IMG/VR virus record: IMGVR_UViG_3300017917_003866
Location: 1 to 64,000 of that record
DNA length: 64,000 bases
Direction: 5' to 3' (one strand)
Source: a virus
The notes beneath the pieces were generated by a model. That model was given only the letters and a program-made list of their open reading frames with translations. It did no database searches and had not been told where the DNA came from. Both the position numbers and the translations under genes were made by a program. This document shows positions 20,265-31,900 of this stretch, piece by piece (position 1 is the first letter of the stretch; each line of letters opens with the position of its first letter).

Positions 20265-21374
20265 ATGAAAAACAAAAATTTTAGTTCCTTCGATTATGAT
20301 ACAGCTGAAAGAGAAAGACTTGAAGCTATTTATAGTGGAACCTTTCCGGAGGAAAATAAAAAAATAACAGGAAAGGACATACAGAACAATTCTTCTGAAA
20401 GAATAACAGTAACATCGATTGATTTCGAAAAAGGAGTTGCCCTAGGCGAGACATCCTTTGGACAAACAATTATAATTGATACGAAGAAGGAAGAAAAAAA
20501 TATGAGAAAGCTAGGATATCCTTCTATAGAAATAAGTGAAGGACAAGTACTAGATGTTGTTATACAAAAAGATTCTTCTGGTTCTTTTAATGGATCTGTT
20601 TCTGCTGGATATGAAAAAGCACTTAAGAGTGAGCTTCATAGATCTATTAAAGATGAGGATTGTGCATTTAAAGTTAAAGTTAAGAATGTTTGTAACGGTG
20701 GATTCATGGTTGATCTATCAGGAATCGAATGCTTCCTACCTGGAAGTCTTGCTGCAGCAAACAGAATTATGAACTTTGCAGACTACGTAGGTAAAGAATT
20801 AACAGTAATGGTTGAAATCTATGATCAGAAGAGAGATATTTTTGTTGTATCGTTCAAAAAATATCTTAGAAAAATTATTGATAGAGAGGTTCAAAATCTT
20901 TCGTTTGCTACTAAATACCAAGGAACAGTTACTGGATTATCCAATAATGGTGTATTTGTTGAATGGGATGAGATCTATACAGGAATAATCTCTATTGATG
21001 ATTCTAACCGTGGATCGCTAGAAAAATACCAAGCAGGGGATACTGTAGAGTTCTATGTAATTGATATAAAAAATCCACAAAGAATCAATTTATCAGTTTC
21101 AGAGCCAAACGAAAAAATGAAAGCTGTCCAAGAAATGAAGGATAGTTCTTCCGAAGTTTTAGGGGAAAATACCAATTTGAAAATATATAAAGGAGAGGTT
21201 ACTAAAATTAAAACTTTCGGTATTTTCGTAAAAATGGAAAACGGATTGAACGGTCTTATCGAAAAAGAGAAATTAGTAAGTTCTATTAAAGAATATGAGG
21301 TTGGGCAATCGGTTGATTTCTCGATCTTGAGTGTGGATAGTTCCTCTCTCAAAATACAATTAATAGAGAAATAA
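20265..21374 (+). CDS. Ribosomal protein S1-like multi-S1-domain RNA-binding protein
   Basis: VKNVCNGGFMVDLSGIECFLPGS...YVGKELTVMV...FVVSFKKYL (bS1 domain-2-like), YQGTVTGLSNNGVFVE...RINLS, YKGEVTKIKTFGIFVKMENGLNGLI...VGQSVDFSILSVD...KIQL. Confidence 0.85.
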   Translation: MKNKNFSSFDYDTAERERLEAIYSGTFPEENKKITGKDIQNNSSERITVTSIDFEKGVALGETSFGQTIIIDTKKEEKNMRKLGYPSIEISEGQVLDVVIQKDSSGSFNGSVSAGYEKALKSELHRSIKDEDCAFKVKVKNVCNGGFMVDLSGIECFLPGSLAAANRIMNFADYVGKELTVMVEIYDQKRDIFVVSFKKYLRKIIDREVQNLSFATKYQGTVTGLSNNGVFVEWDEIYTGIISIDDSNRGSLEKYQAGDTVEFYVIDIKNPQRINLSVSEPNEKMKAVQEMKDSSSEVLGENTNLKIYKGEVTKIKTFGIFVKMENGLNGLIEKEKLVSSIKEYEVGQSVDFSILSVDSSSLKIQLIEK

Positions 21375-21377
21375 AAA

Positions 21378-22820
21378 TTGGCTAATTTACTTACTAATGA
21401 TTTTTTCTACTCTTCTAAATTGGGTTTCGAATTTGAGTTTTATAGCAACTTAAATAGGAATGAGATTGCCAATGAATTAGGAAAAGTATTAGGAAAAAAG
21501 GTATTACTTTTTAATAAATATCACTCTAATTTTAAACCTACTAAGGACATTTTTAAGTTAGAGCCAGATTACTCAGGAGGATCCAAGATGGTTGAATTCA
21601 TCACGGGTCCTCTTCCTTATTTTGAGGCCATAGTAATACTAATTAAGACTTTAAAATGGATAGACGAAAATGGATACACGGATAAAAAATGTGCTTTCCA
21701 ATTTGGTGTGAGTATCGATACTTCAATTTATCCTGAAGTTCCCCCTATGGGCCAAATAAACACTCTCAAATATATTCTTGGATTTGATGAGAACTTCATA
21801 TATAAAAGATTTCCTGAGAGAATGGGATCACTATATGCTAAATCCATTAAGAGAATATTACCCATTAACAAATTTGTAGATCCTACTAACATTTCATTTA
21901 TAGATAAAAATCTATTTGAAGTACCTCTAGAAAAAAACATGGGAATTAATTTTCTAAAACTTCCTGAGGGGTATTTTGAAGTTAGATATCTAGGAGGTAA
22001 AGATTATCAAAAAAGATATACTGCGGTAAAAGAAGTAATTGATCATATAATCACTTATACTGTTGGTGTCTTAAGATACAATAACGGATTCACTGAAAAT
22101 GACTTAAAAGTGTTAAGAATGTTCTTAAATGAGATTTATAAGAACTCCTCAACATTTATAGATCCAGATACTTTCCAAAAGAATTATCCCCATATGAATA
22201 TAATGGTAGATCTTAGATCTGACCCACAGATATTAAGATCTTTCTTTATTAATATCAGGGAGGTTCTCTATGATTTAATAGTAGAGAATAATATTAAAGA
22301 GGGTATAATAAATTACGATAGCTCGCTAGGTAAATTTCAGCTTAAGGATATAAAAACAACTAGGGCTTACCTACTTAAAGATTATGATATACTCGAGGGT
22401 GAAATCTCCGGTAATGTATTAAATTGTAGAATGTTTAACTGTAAATTAAATGATTCTACTATAGAAGAATGTGATCTTATAACTAATAACGAAATAAACA
22501 GATCCAAGGTAATGATATCAGATCTTTACTTTACTAATTCTGTACATGACAGCTATATTGATAATAAAGACAAAGAAATAAACTGCGAGGTATTTGGAGG
22601 TATAATAAGATCTGGATTCATAGGAAAATTAGCTACGATATCACCAGAAACTGAGGTTGTTAAGGATGCTGAAGACGACAAGAAGTTAAAAGGAAGTTTA
22701 AAAAAGAAACAGTTTCCTAATAGGAATGAAGGAGATCAACCTTCTCAGCCTACTAGATTCTCTGATAACAATTCTAAACCTTCAGGTATACCTGGTATAA
22801 ACTTCAAATCAAATAATTAA
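21378..22820 (+). CDS. Putative amidoligase (COOH-NH2 ligase)-like protein with a C-terminal beta-helix-like region
   Basis: LGFEFEF, LEPDYS, VEFITGPL, GYTDKKC, GINF, FEVRYLGG in the order seen in Amidoligase_2 family members. Confidence 0.6.
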   Translation: MANLLTNDFFYSSKLGFEFEFYSNLNRNEIANELGKVLGKKVLLFNKYHSNFKPTKDIFKLEPDYSGGSKMVEFITGPLPYFEAIVILIKTLKWIDENGYTDKKCAFQFGVSIDTSIYPEVPPMGQINTLKYILGFDENFIYKRFPERMGSLYAKSIKRILPINKFVDPTNISFIDKNLFEVPLEKNMGINFLKLPEGYFEVRYLGGKDYQKRYTAVKEVIDHIITYTVGVLRYNNGFTENDLKVLRMFLNEIYKNSSTFIDPDTFQKNYPHMNIMVDLRSDPQILRSFFINIREVLYDLIVENNIKEGIINYDSSLGKFQLKDIKTTRAYLLKDYDILEGEISGNVLNCRMFNCKLNDSTIEECDLITNNEINRSKVMISDLYFTNSVHDSYIDNKDKEINCEVFGGIIRSGFIGKLATISPETEVVKDAEDDKKLKGSLKKKQFPNRNEGDQPSQPTRFSDNNSKPSGIPGINFKSNN

Positions 22821-22826
22821 ATTGGT

Positions 22827-23606
22827 ATGACAGAAGCAGATCTAATACAGGAAATAAGAGACGATATATCTCATTCTTGTGCCTTACCTTATAACCTAAA
22901 TGAACAGGAGATAAAAAGGATTATAAAAAGAGCTAGAGCTTATTTTTACGATAATTATCAATATGCTGTAGAGGATAGAATATTTGTTTTAGGAAGGGAA
23001 TTATTTTCTACCCCTGCTTTTAGAGCAACTAGACAGATACAATTACCACAGTGTGTTAGATCTATATATGAAGTTAGGGAGGTAAACGGATCGGGATTAA
23101 TAGGAACACCGGATAAAGATTTTGGAGATTCTAAGTTATTAGGATCAGAACTTATGCTTTCTCCTTTTGCAGGAGATAACTTGGTTTATAGAACGGTTCT
23201 TTATTCTTTCTTTGATCTTGCTAAAGCATATTTATTAGAGACCTATGCTTTTAATTACAACAAAAATACTAAGAGACTTACAATACTTGGTAGAGATCCA
23301 AATAGAACATATCAAACTGATGGAGGAAGCTCATCTACTCTATTCACTGGTACTGATGTAGGTGTTAGAGCTTATATAGATATACCAGAAGAAAACCTAT
23401 ATGATGATGAGCTATTTGTTAGATTCTGTCTAGCAGAAGCTAAAATAAACATCGGTAGATTGCTAGGAACATTCGAATATAATCTTCCTGGTGGTGTAAG
23501 AGTTAACTATAATAATATACAAACTCTAGGAACCACAGAAAAACAGGAGATTATACAAATGATAAAAGACGAGAACACACCTTCATACTTCTTGCAGTGG
23601 AATTAA
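22827..23606 (+). CDS. Neck/head-completion protein, T4 gp13-like
   Basis: IKRARAYFYDN near the N-terminus and GRLLGTFEYNLPGGVRVN near the C-terminus (gp13 LPGGV motif). Confidence 0.7.
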   Translation: MTEADLIQEIRDDISHSCALPYNLNEQEIKRIIKRARAYFYDNYQYAVEDRIFVLGRELFSTPAFRATRQIQLPQCVRSIYEVREVNGSGLIGTPDKDFGDSKLLGSELMLSPFAGDNLVYRTVLYSFFDLAKAYLLETYAFNYNKNTKRLTILGRDPNRTYQTDGGSSSTLFTGTDVGVRAYIDIPEENLYDDELFVRFCLAEAKINIGRLLGTFEYNLPGGVRVNYNNIQTLGTTEKQEIIQMIKDENTPSYFLQWN

Positions 23607-23628
23607 TTTATTGTGTTATTAATCCTTG

Positions 23629-23637
23629 GAATATATA
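23629..23637 (+). promoter_or_regulatory. Putative late promoter variant GAATATATA
   Basis: Intergenic, 7 nt before the gp25-like ATG. Confidence 0.45.
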
Positions 23638-23644
23638 GAACAAG

Positions 23645-24016
23645 ATGGCAAGATATTCTGAAATTTATCCAAGGAATCCTGATGATCCAAATTACAAAGA
23701 GGGACTTTTACATACTGATGACCAAGTAGAAATACTTATTGGTATGATTAAGAATTGTATGATGACTCGTCCTGGAGAGGTTCTTGGAGATCCTTATTTT
23801 GGTATAGATCTGGAGGGACTTATTTTCGATTTGGAAGTAGATCAAAACACTTTGACTAGAGCGATAGATTTACATCTACTTACTTATGTTCCTTTAGCAT
23901 ATTCTGTATTTAATGTGGAATTTCAGGTAGGTTTTATACAAGGAGAAACTAGAGATGCTTGTATTATAGATTTTGCAATAAAAGGAAACCCTATATTAGG
24001 AATTAAAATATTATAA
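23645..24016 (+). CDS. Baseplate wedge protein gp25-like
   Basis: MMTRPGEVLGDPYFGIDLEGLIFD matches the GPW/gp25 signature (T..GE....P.FG..L..L.F). Confidence 0.85.
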   Translation: MARYSEIYPRNPDDPNYKEGLLHTDDQVEILIGMIKNCMMTRPGEVLGDPYFGIDLEGLIFDLEVDQNTLTRAIDLHLLTYVPLAYSVFNVEFQVGFIQGETRDACIIDFAIKGNPILGIKIL

Positions 24017-24018
24017 AG

Positions 24019-25716
24019 ATGGATTTATTATCAAAGAATAGAGCAAAAATATCAGATCTAATATCTCAAACTTTTGAGCTAATACAAGCAAGATATGGGA
24101 TGTCAAATCAGTTATTTACTGTTGCATCTGTATGGGGACAAATAATATTTGTACTAGACAACCTTTCGCAGTTTGTATTATTTTTTATTGAGGATTCTAT
24201 AACTGAATTAAACATAAATACTGCTACTCGTGAATCTTCTATATATGGTTTAGCTACATTAGCAGGGCATAACCCAACCAGAAATATATCTGCAAAAGGA
24301 GAAGTTTCAATTAAATGGAACGGAAAAAATGTAGAATCAATTGGTGGAAGTGCTGTACTTATACCAAGGAATTCTCAGATCAAATGCGTAAACAACGGTA
24401 AAACCTATCTATTAAAATTTCCTCAGGAATATACGAGATTAAATTTAGACGGAACGTCAAAGTTAATTTGTTCTATAATGGAAGGATCTCTCTCGATTAA
24501 TCAATATACAGGGAGTGGGGATTTTCTACAGAGTTTTAATGTATCGTCGAGAGGTACTTCAGGTATAGAAAACTTTGAAGTTTATGTTAAAGTTAATGGG
24601 GTAGAGTGGAAAAGGTATGATTCATTATATGATATACCTAGAAATGGTTTAGGCTATCTAGTAAAAAGCTCACTTATTTCTGGTATAGATATATTCTTTG
24701 GAAATAGAGATTTTGGATTACCTCCTGCTGCAGGTTCCAATATAGAGGTTACTTATTTAGAATCAGCGGGAAGCGGTGGAAATCTTTTATTAGATGATTC
24801 CTCTCAAGCAATCTTTAATTTTGATTCTGAGGGTACTGATTTATTCGGTAATACCGTTAGCTTATCTGAGATTCTTCAGGTATCTTGTACTATAGCTCCT
24901 CAAATGGGTGCTAATCAAGAATCTGTTGATTTAACAAGATTAATAGCTCCTAAAACATCTAGAAGTTTTGTTTTGGCTAATCCAACTAATTATATAACAT
25001 TCTTTGAAAAATTTGGACAGTTCTCTATAATAGAAGCTTTTACAACTTTTGATGACCAATATATTGATGATGATAATATTATTTATTTAATTCTTGTACC
25101 TGATATTCAGTTAACTTTAAAAAGTAATGAAACATATTTCGATATTCCTATTTCAAGATTTAAACTTACCCAACCTCAAAGGGATAGAATATATCAATTA
25201 TTAGACGAGAGCGGACAAAAAATAGTTACCACAGAGGTTAAGATATTAGACCCTGTTATAAAAAGGTATGTGGTAAATATAGCTTTAACTATGTTTGAAG
25301 GAAACGACCCGGATACACTAAAAACAACTATAACAAATACTTTGAGCGATTATTTTCTTAACATCCGAAGAAGAGATAAAATACCTAGATCTGATTTAAT
25401 TGCTGCAGTGGAAGAAATAGAGGGGGTTGACTCGGTATCTCTTTATTTTGTTGGTGAGGAAAACGAAGCAGCAAAAGCTCAAAATCCTAATTCTCCTGAA
25501 ATAGGATTCGATGAATTCGGAGATATAGTAATAGGCAAGGATGAGATAGTTGTTATATCGGGAGGATGGGAAGATAGAAACGGTATATTTTACGATCTAG
25601 GTGCAGGTATGGAAACTCTTTCTTCTATAAATATAGATATTAGAGCAATTGTTCCTTATACTTATAACTCAAGAGTAAATGGATTATTAAAGAGTTCTTT
25701 AAAAACAGGTAATTAA
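24019..25716 (+). CDS. Baseplate wedge protein gp6 / baseplate J-like
   Basis: NINTATRESSIYGLATLAGHNP, IFFGNRDFGLPP, VTYLESAGSGGN, GANQESV; follows gp25. Confidence 0.8.
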   Translation: MDLLSKNRAKISDLISQTFELIQARYGMSNQLFTVASVWGQIIFVLDNLSQFVLFFIEDSITELNINTATRESSIYGLATLAGHNPTRNISAKGEVSIKWNGKNVESIGGSAVLIPRNSQIKCVNNGKTYLLKFPQEYTRLNLDGTSKLICSIMEGSLSINQYTGSGDFLQSFNVSSRGTSGIENFEVYVKVNGVEWKRYDSLYDIPRNGLGYLVKSSLISGIDIFFGNRDFGLPPAAGSNIEVTYLESAGSGGNLLLDDSSQAIFNFDSEGTDLFGNTVSLSEILQVSCTIAPQMGANQESVDLTRLIAPKTSRSFVLANPTNYITFFEKFGQFSIIEAFTTFDDQYIDDDNIIYLILVPDIQLTLKSNETYFDIPISRFKLTQPQRDRIYQLLDESGQKIVTTEVKILDPVIKRYVVNIALTMFEGNDPDTLKTTITNTLSDYFLNIRRRDKIPRSDLIAAVEEIEGVDSVSLYFVGEENEAAKAQNPNSPEIGFDEFGDIVIGKDEIVVISGGWEDRNGIFYDLGAGMETLSSINIDIRAIVPYTYNSRVNGLLKSSLKTGN

Positions 25717-25717
25717 G

Positions 25718-25963
25718 ATGGAAAAGAAAAGCTGGTATGAATTTATAAAATCTCAAAATGACGTTAGATCTAACGTTGGTTTTGATTACGAAAATAAGAT
25801 ATTTGAAAATACTCTTTCAAATCCTATATTACAAGGTGATGCCAATAGAATGGATATATTAGCCAGTATCGAGAGGGTAGTTTACTATTGGTTTGAAACT
25901 GCTAAGTATATAAAGAACTATATTAATTATACAGTTCCTAAGAACAATAAATACGTGAGATAG
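25718..25963 (+). CDS. Hypothetical small baseplate-region protein
   Basis: 81-aa ORF with 1-nt spacing on both sides. Confidence 0.6.
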   Translation: MEKKSWYEFIKSQNDVRSNVGFDYENKIFENTLSNPILQGDANRMDILASIERVVYYWFETAKYIKNYINYTVPKNNKYVR

Positions 25964-25964
25964 A

Positions 25965-28900
25965 ATGACTCTTCAAAATCTTTTATTCTTTGATAAAAAA
26001 GGAGACCAATATATTTTTAAATGGAATGGAAATTATTGGGAAGGCTCGGTTCTTTTTCCTGTAGTTTCCGAAAAACTATTCGAGGTGCAACACATCTTCG
26101 TAATAGAAAAATTTTTAAATACTTCAGCTGAGATAGAATATGGGTTTCCACATTCATACGGTACAAGTCCAGGAACACCAGTGTGGAGAACAAGATGGGA
26201 ATCAAATTATGACGGGAAAACCGATGTATCTAATATAATATACACTTATGAATTAGGTGTAGACGGGGAATTAGATTCACCGGTTCTAGTTAAGACCAAT
26301 AGCGTAGAATTTTATCCCGAGGTAGTTCCTGGAGACATTGTAGATTCTCCTAGTGGTATTGTAGTTACCAGCGATATTAATTCTTCTTCGATGCAAATTA
26401 ATATAGCATTGAACTCTGAAAACGAAGGGATATACGATAGGACTTTTATATTAGAGGATTATACAGATCCAAACAATCCTATTACTATTTTAAAAGTAGG
26501 GTTCCATGGTGAAGTAGAGGGAGAAGACAGTAGGCTCTCAGTATTATTAGGAAACTTTGGTAGAGAATTTAATCCACCTGACGCTTTAATAGTAAGAGAA
26601 GGTGATATAAAAGAAGAATTTCCAGATTATGAAATAATCAACAAGAAAAGAAAAGAGTTATTACTTGCAGGAGAGAGCATATTTCCATATTTAGGATCTT
26701 ACAAATCTCTATTTAATGCTATAAAATTCTTTGGATATTATGATTTAAGGGTTAAAGAATATTGGCTTAATATTAAAAAAGATGACGCTGACACTTTAAC
26801 ACCATTACAACAGAATCAAAAGATATTAAATCAATTAAGTCAGCCTAATATTGAGGGTCAAAGTAAATTGGAACTTATAAGTAGTTTAATAAAAGACGAA
26901 AATGAGGGTAAATTTAAACAAGTAGAAATATACGGGAAAAGAAAAGACGGGACATTCGGATTGAAAAAACAATTCGAGCAATTATTTCCATCCAAGTCTT
27001 TTAAAAAGACCGCTTTATTTGGACTTTTCTATGATATAAATAGGGTGGTAGAAGATCAGGACGAGGATCAATATGGATATCCTATAGTTGAAGATTCTTT
27101 TGCTTTTAGCCCTGAAGAAGTCCTTATAAAACTTTTTGGATTAAAAGAAAGATTAAAAAGGGATTACCTTCCACTTAATGCTAGAATAATTGATATTACC
27201 GGTGAGGGTGTATATTTTAATATCTATAAAACAAGAGGGTGGACAGACCAGGTAGATATAAGTGAAATAAAAGGTGGGATAAAGGTAGACTTTACAGTCT
27301 TTCCTGAAAATGGATACGTTGAAGATCTTAGACCTTTTTATACTAAACCAAATCAATCTGGTATATTATATCCAGCAATAAATGGTGCAGAACCAGGAAT
27401 AAGCTATTATGGAAACACAGTGGATCCTTATTCTTATTTTCAAGAGTACCCAATATCTACTATTCCTACATGGGAGACTGCTATACAATCTTTTTATGAT
27501 GACGTAAAAAGTGGTACAATGCCTAAATTTTTAGGCGATGGTGATTACGATTATCCTGGATATAAATTATTCTCAAACGGTACTGAATACGTATTCCCTG
27601 CGGGATGTCCAATAATAATTAAGGATAATACATTTACCCTTCCTTGGGACGATGTAAGTGCAACATGGAATTCTTTTGATACAACAGTAACTACCACACC
27701 ATTACAAATAGCAAGTTACAACAGTACTACTGTAAGCAATCCAGGTACACCTATTCAAACAGTTAATAGTACTAGTACTTTTACATTACCTACAACATTT
27801 CCATCGAATGTTACTATTAATATAGGTCCAGGAAATGATTGGTTTGATACAACATTTCCTGAGGTTATATTTGTTAGAGTAGAATCTGTAAGTTCTCCTG
27901 GAAATTTGGTTCTTGGGTATTGTAGTGCGGGAGATTATAATACTGTTACTGGTGATCTCTATATACAGATGATGTATACTAGAGGATCTGGTGAGTATTC
28001 AAACTGGAAAGTAACACCTACTAATTTAGGATTTAGTAGCTATACTTTTGAATATTACGAAAACTTTGTACAGTCCAACGGATTTTATTCTTGGGATAGA
28101 ATACCTTACCTAGATTTCTATGAAATAGAATGGACCATATACAAGAATGATGATATTAGTCCTTACTTCTTCCAGATAAGAGGAGGATTACCAGATTTAG
28201 AGACATTAGTACATTTTGTTCCTTATGTAGGGGAATACAATATTAAATGTAGAGTTTGGGACACTCTAAATTCTATATCATTAGGAATAAAGAGATCTGT
28301 TTTAAAAGTTGATAAAAGATCTATAGAATTAAATACGATAACTAGATTTAGAGAATCTGAGATCTATGATTGGAATAATGTTCCTTTGAAATGGGAAAGT
28401 TACCCATCTCAATGGATTTTCCCAGTAGAAAACACAAATAAGATCTTAGATATTTCTGATATGATAGAAAATTATCCGGAGTATTCTAATAATTTTAATG
28501 AGGGACAACAGTGCGAGGTACTGGCTAAAGTTCCAGAGGTTAAAGCAACTATCGATTTTGAAATAGGAGTTAATCAAATAGATATTAACAACATTGTTAG
28601 TACTTATAACGGATCAGGTTATTCACTGGCTATCGTAACAACAAATACCCCTCATGGATATTCTTCAGGTAATACTGTTTGGATATATGATTCTTTAGGA
28701 TCTCCTTATGGTCAATATCCGATAACAGTAACTGGACCCAATACTTTTGAAATACCCGAGATAATTATTACTGCTATAATTGGAGGATACGTTTACGGAT
28801 CTGGTAATGTTAAGATAACTGCTGATTCATTATTAATAGCTGATTGTAATTTTCAAGGGGATATAAATTCAACAACTAGTTTAGTTTATAGTACAATAAA

Positions 28901-31900
28901 TTCTTCTCCCCTAACTCCTAAGTATAAGGTTATAAATCTAATAGATTCTACAACTCCTGGGTATAAGAAATTTACTTTACAGGCTCCTAATAATAGCGGT
29001 GCTTTATGGAATGGCAAGATTCTTTCGATTCAAGTTACTGGATCTATTTTAAGTAATATAACAACAGGAACTTTCTCTGGTGGTGTAAACGAAACTGAAG
29101 AGTATTTAGAATACAATTTCAATACACTACCTAAAAAAGAAATGAGATTCTGGGGTACTAAGGGTCTTTCTTGGGATACTTTTGAAGACTTTCAATTCGA
29201 AAAGGCTTATGCTCATACATGGGATATGTATGACTATCATAATGACTGGCTTGGCGGATTTGATCTCTATTCTCTCCAATATGGAGATCTGGTTAGAGTA
29301 ACAAAAGACTCATTAGGAGTAGTATTTGGTGAAACTGATTCACCTGGAAATAGTTATTTGGATTTAAGTGAAGCTGCTGATCAATTAAATGATTCTATTG
29401 ATGATAACGTAAAAAGATTTGATTATACTGTTAGAGGATTTTCTGAACTTCCAAATAACTTTTATATAAATAGTAATCCTATATCTCCTGATCTTAGTAC
29501 TAATCCTGGACCTAAAAATATAAACTCAACTTTCTTTAAAGTTCCTACATATTCTCCAGTTCTTTTCCAACCTACTGGTATAGCTTGGGACGCAGATGGT
29601 GATATTTGGGTTACTGGGGAGGATGTTATTAGATTTGATGGTGCTAATTACACCGTTTATGATTCCTCTAATAGCGTTATGCCTGGGCTTTCTATTCTTA
29701 CTAATTGTATAAAGATAGACAGAAACGATGTTAAATGGATAGGAATAGAAAACAATTTAACTCCTCTTGTAAAAATAAACGAGAAAGATCCCGCACAAAG
29801 CTTTGCATATTCGGTTAGCGATTTTGTAGATAACGGAGGAAATCCCATTTCACCTGTAATAGCATCGAGTATACATGCAATTGAAATAAATCCTCAGACC
29901 GGAGATATCTTTGCTGCATTTGTTTGTAATTCTTCGCCTTCATATGATGGACTTTTGTTCTATGATTCACATGCTAAATCATGGGGACTTTACACGACAT
30001 TAAATTCTGAAATACCTTCCGATAATATTAGGGACCTTAGATTAGAATATTACGGAATCAACAAATGGTATCTATGGATAGCAACAGATGCTGGACTATC
30101 TAGATTCGATGGAGTAGGATTTAAAAATTATACATCAACAAACTCAGGACTTCCTGATGATGATGTTTATTCTATAGAAATAGATAAATTAAAGCATAAA
30201 TGGATAGGCACTGCATCTGGATTAGCATATTGGGATCATATAAGATGGGCAGTATGGAATTCATCTACTAATCCTGAAATATCTTCAGGAAGATTTGGTA
30301 ATATAGTAGAAACAGGGAATGCTAATATATGGTTTACCATAGATCCTTCTTCCTCTCCTGGTGATACTGAATTATATTTCTTTGATGGATATTTCTTTAC
30401 TAAGGTTTTATATAGGAATGACGGAACTACTTTGATTAATCCTTGTAATGTATTCCACGGAAAAACTATGCTTTCGGCTCCTTGGAAAACTATTAAAAAT
30501 GGGCAAACAACTTATCCTAAGAATTTATTATTTGTTACTGATGATGGAGAAATAGGAAAGCTTGACTATGTTATACCACATATACACGCAACAGCTAAAT
30601 CTCCTGGTACGGATGGATGGGATTTTGTCTATCACGACACGTCAACACCTTTACCTTCAGTAGAGAATATTCATAATTCTGGTATTGGTTCATCACAATT
30701 AGGATTTAGCTTTATAGTTGGACCTTTTAGTGATAACATAACTTTAAATTCGGATTATACTAGGCCTATCATGCCTAATGTCGATAGATATTCGTGGTAC
30801 AAGCCTATTTGGCAGCGTTATAGCATCGATCGTCTTAAAGATCAATTTCCATCTTTAAACGTTGACGATGTCTTCTTATACGCTCCATTACGCGATATTA
30901 TAAACGGTAAAGCAAACAAAGAACCGTATTGGAAAAATTCACAGATTGAAAGAATAGCACAGAAAAAATCTAGAGACCTATTTGATAATTTTGAATGGGT
31001 TATAACATTAGGTAACAGTAGTCCCGATCAAGGGGTTAAGGTTACTGTAGATAATGAGGGAGATATTATAGCTATCGGAGATTTTACAGGTACTATATTT
31101 ATGGGAGAGGTAAACAACATCGGATCTCAGGATATTTATTTAAATAGCCCAGATCAAGGTGTTTATATTGCTAAATATAATAAAGGAGGAGTTATACAAT
31201 GGGCTACTTCTATATCTTCTGCATCTCCTCAAGGTCCAATATATGCTAGATCTGTTATAACTGATGCTAATGGAAATATCTATGTAGCTTGTGATAATAA
31301 CCTTTCAGGATTTATAGAAATAAACAAATATAATTCTGATGGTATTTTATTAAACACTATAAGCGTACCTATTACACCAGATCAATTCCTCGGAGATATA
31401 AAAGTGGATAAGTATGAAAATATTTATATATGTGGATCCTTTGAAGGAAATCTTACATTAGGATTATACAATCTTTCCTCCGTTGGTCAGGATTCCGCTT
31501 TTATTGCAAAAATAGATCCGTCACTAACTTTTGTTTGGGCTAAACAATTAACAACTACTACATATTCAAAAGCTTATGAATTAGCGGTTCTAAAGGAGGA
31601 ATATTTATATTTAACTGGAGTTTTTGATACTCAGATTGATCTCGGTCCTGTAACACTGAATGGCGTAGGAAATCCTGATATGTTTGTAGCTAAATTCTCA
31701 ACAGGGGATGGATCATGTTTATGGGCAGATAGCTTTGCATACGACTCCTTTACATCTTTTGGTTCGACTTCTATATGTATAGATCCTAAAGGACATGTTT
31801 TGGTTACTGGATCATACGAGGGAACTATAGAAATAGAAGGAGAAAAAATATCATCTTTCCCTGGAACAACCGATATATTTGTACTTAAACTTCTTTCTAC

